DNA of 64,000 nucleotides, from the NCBI GenBank assembly GCA_964016885.1, contig OZ024742.1, positions 214,706,001 through 214,770,000 on the forward strand, read 5' to 3'. Position 1 is the first letter of the stretch. Every line of letters starts with the position of its first letter. The DNA is from Eledone cirrhosa. Lineage: Eukaryota. The translations under genes and the position numbers were made by a program. The notes beneath the pieces are model-generated. The model worked only from the letters and a program-made list of their open reading frames with translations, searched no databases and was not told the origin of the DNA. Shown piece by piece: positions 15,505 through 26,460 of the stretch.

Positions 15505-16590
15505 ATGAAGAACCTATGAAGAAAAGGGATCCATGGACTCTGCTCAAGTTAGAAACCTCGTTGGACTATTTCTCCTCTATAATATTCATTCCTCTGCCCC
15601 CCCCCCCCCTCGAAGGTGGTCTTTATCGGTATGATTGTCTATTGATATCTAACAATCTTAGCAATTCTAATATAGAGAAAAACAAAAAACAAATTAGAAA
15701 ATTCCTCAAGGACTATTACAACCTTAATATCACATTTAAAAACCCCTCAAAAGTAGCTAACTTCCTTGACATTACCTTAGGCCTTTCTACGAATATTTAT
15801 CAACCTTACCAAAAACCCAACCAGAATCTACACTATGTACAGTAACGCTCTAACCACCCTGGCTCTATACTCAAAAACTTAGTATATAACATATCTCTTA
15901 GACTTTCTAAATTATCTTGCAATGAGGATATATTTTAAAATGCACCCAACGATGCCCTAACTAGAAGTGGATATAAAGAAAACATTTCATATATCCCCAA
16001 TACTACTATGGACCATACTACAAAACCTAGCAAAAACTACAAACACCAAAAAATACCATCGAAACAAATGCCTAATGGGATCATTCCTATCACACCAAAC
16101 AACCCCCAAACCACAAGTACTATTACTACACGATCTATGACCAATGTTAACAACTCACATATGACTACCAAACATTCAACATCTCATAATCAACCCAATA
16201 ATAACACCAAATACAACCACTGCAATTTACTAAAATCCACAAATACAAATACTAACCAAAGGAACTCTTCTAGAACTTATTAATATAAGTGAGAATAAGA
16301 ACTTAACTAAAAACCGCAAAAGAAACATAACATGGTACAACGCACCCTTCAACCTGCAAACTATTGGGCAAATCCCCCCAAAATTATTCGTAATTCTACA
16401 TAAACATTTTCCACCAAACCACAGATACCACCAAATATATAACAGGTATACTGTTAAATTCTCATACTCTAAATCAAACAATCTCAAACAGAAAATAAGC
16501 AACTACAACATTTATGAATTTAAAAGTAATAAGACTGCACCTTTTAAAAGGACAAATAATACAATTCTTCAATCTGGAAAACACAACCAC
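15505..16590 (+). mobile_element. Penelope-like element RT/thumb fragment (GLYRDD type)
   Basis: GGLYRYD, NFLDITL, YQPYQKPN, SNHP, RKRNITWYNAPF, HKHFPPNHRYHQIYNRYTVKFSYS. Confidence 0.85.
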
Positions 16591-16599
16591 TACAGAGCA

Positions 16600-17375
16600 G
16601 TGAAGGGAAACGTGGAGTGAGCATATATAGTCGACCTGTATTAGATGCAACAGAAGATGTTAATGATCAAGAGAAAGCGATAGGAATCTAGGGGTGTGAT
16701 AATGGACAGGGTATTAGAGAAATTGGGGTGGTCAGTTGAGTCCAAGAGGGAATTAGGACCCTAAGCGGTGAACAAGACTTTCTTCAGTCCTGGTGCTTGA
16801 GGCCTGTAATCCATGATGTAAAAGGCAGGATTGAAACATATAGGGAAGAATGACCAGGAGAACAGAAATGATGGGCGACAGGAGTATCAAAACCGAGATG
16901 TATCTCCCTCAAATGCTCGCAAAACGGTCCACCATACGGCGTCCCGTTTGTCCGATATATAAAGACCCACAAAGGGAACATCGGAGGCCATAGGCACCGT
17001 GCAGGTTTGGAGTGCCGGATACGGAAAGACCCGTTAGGACCTGTAAGAGTGGTGAGGGTGGAAATGAAGGGACATGTGTTGCAGCGGGAACGGGAACAAG
17101 GATGCGAGTCGGGTTTAGTCGTGGGAGAGGACGAGTAGGAACTGCAAACCAGGAGGTCGGGGAGGTTGCGGGCGCGCTTAAAAGCAGTAATGGGTGGGTT
17201 TGGAAAAAAGCGAGAAGTGACGGGGTTAGAAGAGAGGATGTGGAAGGAACGGAGGATATGTCACCGGAGGGGTAGAGTGACAGGGTGGCAGGTGAGAGGG
17301 AAAGGAACACGGGTGTTGGGCGGGCGGGGTGAGGTGAGTAGGCTGTGGTGCGGTCTGTTTCACGGGCGCGGGTGA
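16600..17375 (-). mobile_element. Penelope-like element 3' fragment with Cys linker and GIY-YIG endonuclease
   Basis: AFKRARNLPDLLV, PCSRSRCNTCPFI, YGLRCSLCGSLYIGQTGR, EHLREI, PVAHHF. Confidence 0.85.
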
Positions 17376-17405
17376 GAGCAGCTTAGATATATATATATAT
17401 ATATA

Positions 17406-17861
<456 letters not shown>

Positions 17862-18105
17862 CGGAGAAAAATGAAACGAAATTTCATTTCCCACTCTTAC
17901 TACGACTGTTACTTAAATATAAGTATGTACACGTACATACATATATGTATACAGACGTACAGTAGTATGTATATATATATACATACATGCACACATATAT
18001 ATATGCACGTATGGATTCAACGAACATTTATTATAATGCTCGGTGTGTTTGTAAATAAACATCCCCTATTAAGCCGTAGTGTCCAGCAACCATCGTTGCT
18101 CGTTT

Positions 18106-18192
18106 GTTCAACACTGACAAAGGAACGCTGTACTAGTTTCAAGCTTATTAGCTATCGTCAGCAACGTATACCTTACTGCCAGATTGTTGAAC
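18106..18192 (-). ncRNA. Type I hammerhead ribozyme, family A, inverted copy
   Basis: Reverse complement reads cgttg CTGACGA tagctaataagctt GAAAC ta GTA cagcg. Confidence 0.8.
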
Positions 18193-18272
18193 GTATATAC
18201 TTACCTTATGCATATTAACGGCTGAGTAGCCCAATTTGCATAGTAGTTAATATGCATAAGGTAAGTATATAC

Positions 18273-18359
18273 GTTCAACAATCTGGCAGGAAGGTATACG
18301 TTGCTGACGATAGCTAATAAGCTTGAAACTAGTACAGCGTTCCTTTGTCAGTGTTGAAC
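18273..18359 (+). ncRNA. Type I hammerhead ribozyme, family A copy 1
   Basis: CTGACGA 18304-18310, stem II agct/agct, GAAAC 18325-18329, GTA 18332-18334; stem I cgttg/cagcg + ggaa/ttcc + ctggca/tgtcag + gttcaaca/tgttgaac. Confidence 0.82.
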
Positions 18360-18690
18360 AAACGAGCAACGATTGTTGCTGGACACTGCGGCTTAATACG
18401 GTAGATTTGTTTACAAACACACCGAGCATTATAATAAATGTTCGGTGAATCCATATATTCATATATATATGTGTGTATGTATATATATATATACATACTA
18501 CTGTACGTCTGTATACATATGTGTATGGACGTGTACATACTTATATTTAAGTAAAAGCCATACTAAGAATGGTAAATGATATTTCGTTTCATTTTTTCCG
18601 TTTATTGTTTTCGGTGCGTTCGGCCGATTAACCCACTCGATATGCAAATTGGGCTACTCAGCCGTTAATATGCATAAGGTAAGTATATAC

Positions 18691-18777
18691 GTCCAACAAT
18701 CTGGCAGGATGCTATACGTGGCGGACGATAACTAATAAGCTTGAAACTAGTACAGCGTTCCTTTGTCAGTGTTGAAC
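18691..18777 (+). ncRNA. Family A HHR copy 2, core mutated (CGGACGA), probably inactive
   Basis: Same layout as copy 1 with a U4G change and a stem II mismatch. Confidence 0.65.
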
Positions 18778-19114
18778 AAACGAGCAACGATTGTTGCTGG
18801 ACACTACGGCTTAATACGGGAGGTTTGTTTACAAACACACCGAGCATTATAATAAATGTTCGGTGAATCCATACGTGCATATATATATGTGTGCATGTAT
18901 GTTTATATATATATATACATACTATTGTACGTCTGTATACATATATGTATGTACGTGTACATACTTATATTTAAGTAACAGCCGTACTAAGAGTGGGAAA
19001 TGAAATTTCGTTTCATTTTTTCCGTTTATCGTTTTAGGTGCACCCGGCCGATTAACCCACTCGATAAGCAAATTGGGCTACTCAGCCGTTAATATGCATA
19101 AGGTAAGTATATAC

Positions 19115-19201
19115 GTTCAACAATCTGGCAGGAAGGTATACGTTGCTGACGATAGCTAATAAGCTTGAAACTAGTACAGCGTTCCTTTGTCAGTGTTGAA
19201 C
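19115..19201 (+). ncRNA. Type I hammerhead ribozyme, family A copy 3
   Basis: Core identical to copy 1; GTA at 19174-19176. Confidence 0.82.
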
Positions 19202-19533
19202 AAACGAGCAACGATGGTTGCTGGACACTATGGCTTAATACGGGATGTTTGTTTACAAACACACCGAGCATTATAATAAATGTTCCGTGAATCCATACAT
19301 TCATATATATATGTGTGTATGTATGTATATATATATACATACTACTGTACGTCTGTATACATATATGTATGTACGTGTACATACTTATATTTAAGTAAAA
19401 GCCGTACTAAGAATGGGAAATGATATTTCGTTTATTTTTTCCGTTTATCGTTTTCGGTGCGCTCGGCCGATTAACCCACTCGATATGCACATTGGGCTAC
19501 TCAGCCGTTAATATGCATAAGGTAAGTATATAT

Positions 19534-19620
19534 ATTCAACAAACTGGCAGGAAGCTATACGTGGCTGACGATAGCTAATAAGCTTGAAACTAGTTCAGCG
19601 TTCCTTTGTCAGTGTTGAAC
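19534..19620 (+). ncRNA. Family A HHR copy 4 (GUU triplet, one stem I mismatch)
   Basis: CTGACGA 19565-19571, GAAAC-TA-GTT 19586-19595. Confidence 0.72.
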
Positions 19621-19802
19621 AAACGAGCAACGATGGTTGCTGGACACTACGGCTTAATACGGGATGTTTGTTTACAACCACACCGAGCATTATAATAAAT
19701 ATTCGGAGAAACTATACCTACATATATATATGTGTGCATCTATGTATATTTATATACATACTACTGTACATCTGTATACATATATGTATGTACGTGTACA
19801 TA

Positions 19803-19883
<81 letters not shown>

Positions 19884-20004
19884 GGTAAGTTTATTCTGAA
19901 AGAGCGAGTTTGAAATCAAACATAGAAGCTTTCGTCGTTTTTTGTTGTTTTTTTTAACTGAAGAAAGAGAGAGAGAGAGAGCTGGCAAATCTAAGAACTG
20001 ACTA

Positions 20005-20060
20005 ACTGCGTGATGAGGTCATAGCCATTCAATGGCTATCATCGAAATATATATAGCAGT
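20005..20060 (+). ncRNA. Family B HHR with C3G core mutation (GTGATGA)
   Basis: actgc/gcagt stem I, atagccat/atggctat stem II, GAAA-tatatATA. Confidence 0.6.
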
Positions 20061-20101
20061 AAATAAAGGATTATGAGTTCATGCAATTGACTTATGTCTC
20101 G

Positions 20102-20173
<72 letters not shown>

Positions 20174-20257
20174 CGAGACATAAGTCAATTGCATGAACTC
20201 ATAATCCTTTATTTACTGCTATATATATTTCGATGATAGCCATTGAATGGCTATGAC

Positions 20258-20297
<40 letters not shown>

Positions 20298-20338
20298 CGA
20301 GACATAAGTCAATTGCATGAACTCATAATCCTTTATTT

Positions 20339-20394
20339 ACTGCTATATATATTTCGATGATAGCCATTGAATGGCTATGACCTCATCAGACAGT
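20339..20394 (-). ncRNA. Type I hammerhead ribozyme, family B, intact core
   Basis: Reverse complement reads actgt CTGATGA ggtc atagccat tca atggctat catc GAAA t atat ATA gcagt. Confidence 0.78.
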
Positions 20395-20546
20395 TAGTCA
20401 GTTCTTAGATTTGCCAGCTCTCTCTCTTTCCCTCTCTCTTACTTTAGTAAAAAAAAAAACAACAACAAAAAAAACGACGAAAGCTTCTATGTTTGATTTC
20501 AAACTCGCTCTTTCAGAATAAACTTACCTACTATATATATATATAG

Positions 20547-20769
20547 TGAAGGCGTGTGGCTGAGTGGTTAGAGAATTGGATTCGCAATCGTAAGGTTGTG
20601 AGTTCGATTCTTGGACGAGGCGATGCGTTATATCCTTGAGCAAGACACTTTATTTCACGTTGCTCCTTCTACCTGGAGTTGCGACCGATAGATAGTATTA
20701 GCAATTGGAAAGACCAACGGAAACATTGTTCCCTCGGTCCGATTTGACGAAAAGTCGATCGTTCTGTAG

Positions 20770-20801
<32 letters not shown>

Positions 20802-20958
20802 AAGCGTGTGGCTGAGTGGTTTTTGTCCTTGAGCAAGACACTTTATTTCACGTTGCTTCTTCTACCTGGAGTTGCGACCGATATATAGTATTAGCAATTG
20901 GAAAGACCAACGGAAACATTGTTCCCTCGGTTCGATTTGACAAAAGTGGATCGTTCCT
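20547..20958 (+). mobile_element. Two tandem copies of a second tRNA-derived SINE (second copy internally deleted)
   Basis: A box tggctgagtgg, B box gagttcgattc, tccttgagcaagacacttt body; copies at 20547-20765 and 20798-20958. Confidence 0.75.
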
Positions 20959-20961
20959 TTT

Positions 20962-21000
<39 letters not shown>

Positions 21001-21005
21001 TTATA

Positions 21006-21047
<42 letters not shown>

Positions 21048-21939
21048 TGTGTGTATGTATGTGGGCGTGTGTTGTACAATGAAGATAGATAGATTCTTAA
21101 TTTGTTCATTGTTGTTCGGTCGTTTCAGAAACAATCTGAGGGAGACGGTGAGATGAACCTAAGATATTTTGATTAGAAATAGTTGGTGACATAACAACTA
21201 CCTATTAGTCAATAAATCGATTTGGCTTGATCAGTCAACCCTCTGAAACTATAGTAAAACAATGAACTCATTTTTGACTTTTACTTTATTTCCATTGTTA
21301 ACACTACACACACACATACACACACACAAACACACACATACAGACACATACAGACACACACACACACCAACATATATGTATGTGTGTGTGAGTATGTGGG
21401 TAAGTGTGTGTTTGCATGCGGGAGTGTGTAATTATTCAGTTGCTAATGTTATAACAAACAAGTAATCAATGTATGTAGTAGAACATATATTGCTTTTGTA
21501 AAATGTGTTTTACTTAATACAATGTTCTGTCTCTTTATTCATCTATTTATATTTCACCTGAACCTACGATTGATTCATTAGTCTCTCTCTTTATTTAACT
21601 ACCAATATATCCATTATATCCAATATGTCTGACCTTCCCTCGCGATGTCTACGATACCATAAGTAAGTGAAGGATACTAGATATTAAGAATTATAATTGG
21701 ATGTTGTTACTAATTGGGTTCTAATAATTTCGGATACAGCAATAAATACATTTTGGCTTTCTTTCTAATTTAATGGCATGGATATAACTGACATCAGAAG
21801 ATTATTGTTCGTTGCATTCACACTAACTAAATATATTCTTGCTCATTTATTAATAATGTATTTAAGTACTAACTTCATTTCAATGATATATTGTATTTGA
21901 ATCGTGTTTCTGTAACATATATACATATCTATTTTCCCA

Positions 21940-23367
21940 CTACAAAATAGATGCCTGGAATCAAGTATAGTGTACCTCTATACTATCAAATCAGGCAACT
22001 TAGCATGGCACAACATAGGGATTTCAATAAAATGATGGTATGTGCATAGGCATTCTCTATAAAACAGTAGACTAGAGAACTCAACGACGCTTGCCAATAA
22101 GATCTGGAAGCTTAAGGACATAAACCAGGATTATGAGATTAGCTGGTCGAAGTTATCGAGTGCAAGCGCCTACAAAAATGGAATGTCCCACTGCGGACTT
22201 TGCAATATGGAGCTGCTCCATATTTTAAAGTATGATAAAATGCTGCTTAACAACAAATTCGAATAATCAATATTCTGTAGGCTCAAAACAGCCACTTTGT
22301 TCTCTAACTTCGAATAACAACCGGCATGATTCGATCCAGCAATCTCGGAATTCAAGCAGAACCACCCGGGTTTTAATGTACTAGCTCCACCCCGCTACAT
22401 TGTTATTAGCTGTCAACCGACCAACCGATCATTTAATCAACATCATGAATCTACCAACATTTCTTTCACTCTCTCACTATAACCGCATCACCTCCTTTAA
22501 GACAAAACAATCAGTCTGCCAGACCTTAATCACCCATATATCATCACTGCTCCTTTCACTTTTTCCTCTCAATCTACTCCTTCCCCCTTCTTAGTCCTAC
22601 CCCTTATGTCTCATCCTCGATTCCTTATCTTTTCTCTCTCTGTCTCCTGTCCCTTATCTCTTTTTCTCTTACTTTTTTTCATTTTTTAAAATTTTTTATT
22701 TTAATCCTCTAAGATATTATTGCATCTCTTGCATTTTTATTTCACCAATTTATACTCCACATCATCTATTTCGTATTTCTTTTCATGTTATTGTTATCTT
22801 TACCGTCATTACTGTTTTACACATCCATTTACTCGCAATTATAAATTCAACTACCACCACCATTACTACTATTATCAGCAACCGTATTTTGTACTTATTT
22901 TTTACTCATTTTTTACATCTTTATCATTTTCATTTTTACTTCTTTATTATTATCTTTGATTATTGATGTTATTGTTTTCCCTCACTTGATTCTCCGATGC
23001 ATCTATAAATACCAATGATATGTGTTACCCCCTACAGTATTCCGATGATCTGATCAGAGACATACACTGCATTTAATGTCGAGTGACGCAACTTCGAGTG
23101 ATTAGTGCCCTTTAGACTCACCTGATCAATGAAACAATTGTTAATACTGTAAATAAAACCCTTTTTATACAGCCGACCATGTTATTTTTCACTCCTTCAC
23201 TGCTATTACTCCAAGAATGACCTGCATGGGAATTCTCGCAAACTCGCTACCTAACTAAGGAAACCTCTTGTTGAGTCAGACAAGGCCGTACGTTAAAACT
23301 ATCCATAGTACAGAGTACTCACAACCTCTAACTGGGTTACCTAAAACGATAACATGTTATCCCATAT
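21940..23367 (+). mobile_element. Penelope-like element 3' end: GIY-YIG remnant, 3' UTR and pseudo-LTR
   Basis: NRCLESSIVY...STTLANKIWKLK...YEISW...CGLCNME...LLN (21945-22290), then TATA-HHR-AATAAA. Confidence 0.75.
23033..23151 (+). ncRNA. Family D HHR with 82-nt stem II insert (core CCGATGA, GTT triplet)
   Basis: Perfect 9-bp stem I tacagtatt/aatactgta, 7-bp tgatcag/ctgatca, GAAAC-AATT-GTT. Confidence 0.68.
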
Positions 23368-23522
23368 ATCTATTTTCATAAAGGTAGACTCAAACGTACT
23401 TGCTCCTATGTGCACACACATTCACTGGCACACACAACCTGAGACACATGCACTCATAGACGCAAACATTCATATTAGGACATACTCACAAACATCTATA
23501 TGTATAAACCTGAGGATGCCTC

Positions 23523-23683
<161 letters not shown>

Positions 23684-23802
23684 TGTGAGTTTGTATCCCT
23701 AAAAGATTCGAAGTACCCAACCAATGTTTTTCAAACTTTACATGTGGATTACTTATGTTTCAGGGAGTGTTATGCACATCAATAATTCAATTCTTCGATC
23801 CC

Positions 23803-24115
23803 CTAGGGCCCGCATTAGTTGAAAAACTACGTTTTTTCAGTTTTTTTTGTTTTTTTTTGAGTCGTTACGTCAAGCCGATTTCCTTGAAATTTTAACTATG
23901 TATTAGTCAGTCTCTTCTTCATACCGTGAGCAAAGAAAATCCAACTTGTTTATGGCCTAGGGCCCGCATTAGGTGAAAAGCTTCATTTTTTCAGCTTTTT
24001 AGGGCTTTTATGAGGCGTTACGTCTAGCCTATTTTCCCGAAATTTCAAGGCATATTATGCACATAAAAAAAATCATTTTCTTGATCATCTAGGGCCCGCA
24101 TTAGGTGAAAATCTA
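23803..24115 (+). repeat. Diverged 130-155-bp tandem repeat
   Basis: ctagggcccgcattag(g/t)tgaaaa at 23803, 23957 and 24089. Confidence 0.75.
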
Positions 24116-26332
24116 TATTTTTCCTTCTTCATCGAAGATAATCTTAAAGGTTATCCAGCCATCAGGGTATTCGGTTTATTTTCTTTACATATTGTCCAGA
24201 GATGCAGTGTTTCCAGGATTGGGTCTGTTGGGGGCCGGCATTTCAAAATACCTTATCCCGTGCAACTATATACTGCCAGTATATTATATATGTATGTATT
24301 TATGTAAGAAAGGGTGTATGATTGCATGCATGAACCTATGTATAAAAGCATATATGTATGACGAAAAAAAAATGCATATCCACACATACATTACAAAAGA
24401 TACGCATCCACACATACAATAACATCCATTCTTGTCTAAATTCCAATGAGTCTTGTGTCTATGTTAGAGACTGACTCTCCCTCTGTTGGTGAACAAATAT
24501 ACAATTATGAAACTAGAATATACATAAATATATAGGTATGCATACCTACATAAGTACATACATAGATTAGCACTGGTGACTAGAAAACCGCGAATGATCC
24601 TTCCTCTACTACACCTCCTGAGGTGACTAAACTAGGAAAGTATTTCTTTGGCAAATGTTCATGTGACACCCCAATTGCTGCAACAATAGGCTCTCCTCTA
24701 TATGGTGCCACAAATTCAGAATTATGACCGGTATTAGCTGGAGAGATATAATAACGGATGAGAAAATGGCAAAAGATTCATCTGTACATCATGTAGTACA
24801 GTGAAAAGTGCTTGCACAGCACGGGTGCTACTCTCTGACAAACAATCCCAAAACAGATAAACACTAATCACGTAAAGTGCAGGCTTTGCTCCAGAGTTTT
24901 CTCATGTTAGAAGAATGCCAGAAAAAGAGCTCACGTTCGCTCTCGCCCAGTAAACTTGATATGCAAACTGGCATCAACCAGCAGGATTTTAGAATCCTCG
25001 CACACCAACGGATTGTCATAATTGTGATTAAAGAATGCAATTCATCCCGAGACAGACCGCTCACAAGGCAGACATTTTCTGTCTACTTCTAGCTACAGGT
25101 TCCAAGGCATCATTAGCTTACCCTGTTAGTTCGAAGCATCTTCGCTAGAAGAAATATAAGAGCTGGGCTTCGTCTGCCAGTGGTAATATTAAACGTAAGC
25201 TGTTTGGGGTATCTTAGGAGAGAATACATTTTCAAGCCTACGCCCGCCCAGCAATAACAACCTTATATACATGTACATACAAAACATACATAGATAGAAA
25301 CACGCACACATATATACACATATACATATACGTATACACACGCACACACGTATATATATATTATTTATTTATTAACGTTGATAGTAACATCTTATCTATT
25401 CTTTTTAAACTAATTAAAATATCTTATTTCTCCTGATTCTATATCTTATGTAACCAAAAAAACCATATTGCTTTTTTTCTTTTCCTTTCTCTTTTTTCTG
25501 TACATTTCCATCTTGATAACGTAATTGTAGAATGTCGCTGTTCTTTTTACGTCTATTTTAAAATCGAGTGACACAGTAATACTTAACGGATCATTTAGCA
25601 TAGAATCAGTCTTCAGTTCTTAATGTGAAACTGTAATGTCTGATTATCTCCTCTTAAGGAGCTTCACATCTCTATTTCATGTTGATTCATGCATTCTTTG
25701 GTCTCACAGGAATATATGTCGGGATATCATATACACGATCCTTACTGAAATGACAAAACATAAACATCCTCTTTTTATTTTTTAAAATGATTTTTTTAAA
25801 GTACGAAAGAATAATAACATGTTATAAATTCTTTGTATTTTCAAATGGTTTATGGTGAATTTTGGGAGGGAGGATGCTAACAGTGATTCCAGAGTTTTCT
25901 GTGATTTAGTAGGTATAGCGTCCTAGCCTTTTGTAAATAAATTCATGTTATTTACGGAAATGGGTCTTGTTGGTAAAGACTATTACTCAATAAGGTGACT
26001 GCAGATATTGATAAATATTATTTATTGTTATACAGGAATTGTGTAATAGAACATCTACAGCTTGAAAAGGTTTGTCTCTGCCCCGGCCCCATATTGGTAT
26101 TTAGAGTGGATTGGTGGTTACGGTTACGGAGTGTGAGTAAGGTAAATATGGATGGTGTGTTGGACTTGTATAGACATTTAGTGTTTTATTGGCTTTGTTT
26201 TCGGAGTATTGTTAACGTGTATGTCATTCCACGATTACTTTGCGTTTGCTCTAAGTGCATCTAGGTGTATATGGGTAGATACATAGGATATAAAGTTATA
26301 CATACACAGACACACACTGATACACTTTCTCT

Positions 26333-26335
<3 letters not shown>

Positions 26336-26397
<62 letters not shown>

Positions 26398-26402
26398 TGA
26401 GA

Positions 26403-26434
<32 letters not shown>

Positions 26435-26460
26435 CACACACACACACACATACACACACA
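26336..26460. repeat. (GA)n(CA)n microsatellite
   Basis: Direct reading. Confidence 0.95.

Larger units (their letters stand above)
19881..20532. repeat. Family B HHR repeat foldback: + copy 19881-20106, - partial 20169-20262, - copy 20293-20532, separated by (TA)n
   Basis: Near-identical inverted copies. Confidence 0.85.

Noticed and set aside
17871-19382. Repeated 70-115-aa ORFs ending [11 protein letters not shown]
   Set aside because: Antisense translations of the HHR repeat unit, with inconsistent starts and microsatellite-derived N-termini
20547-20630. tRNA gene
   Set aside because: A/B boxes are present but there is no closed cloverleaf, and it continues into a SINE body
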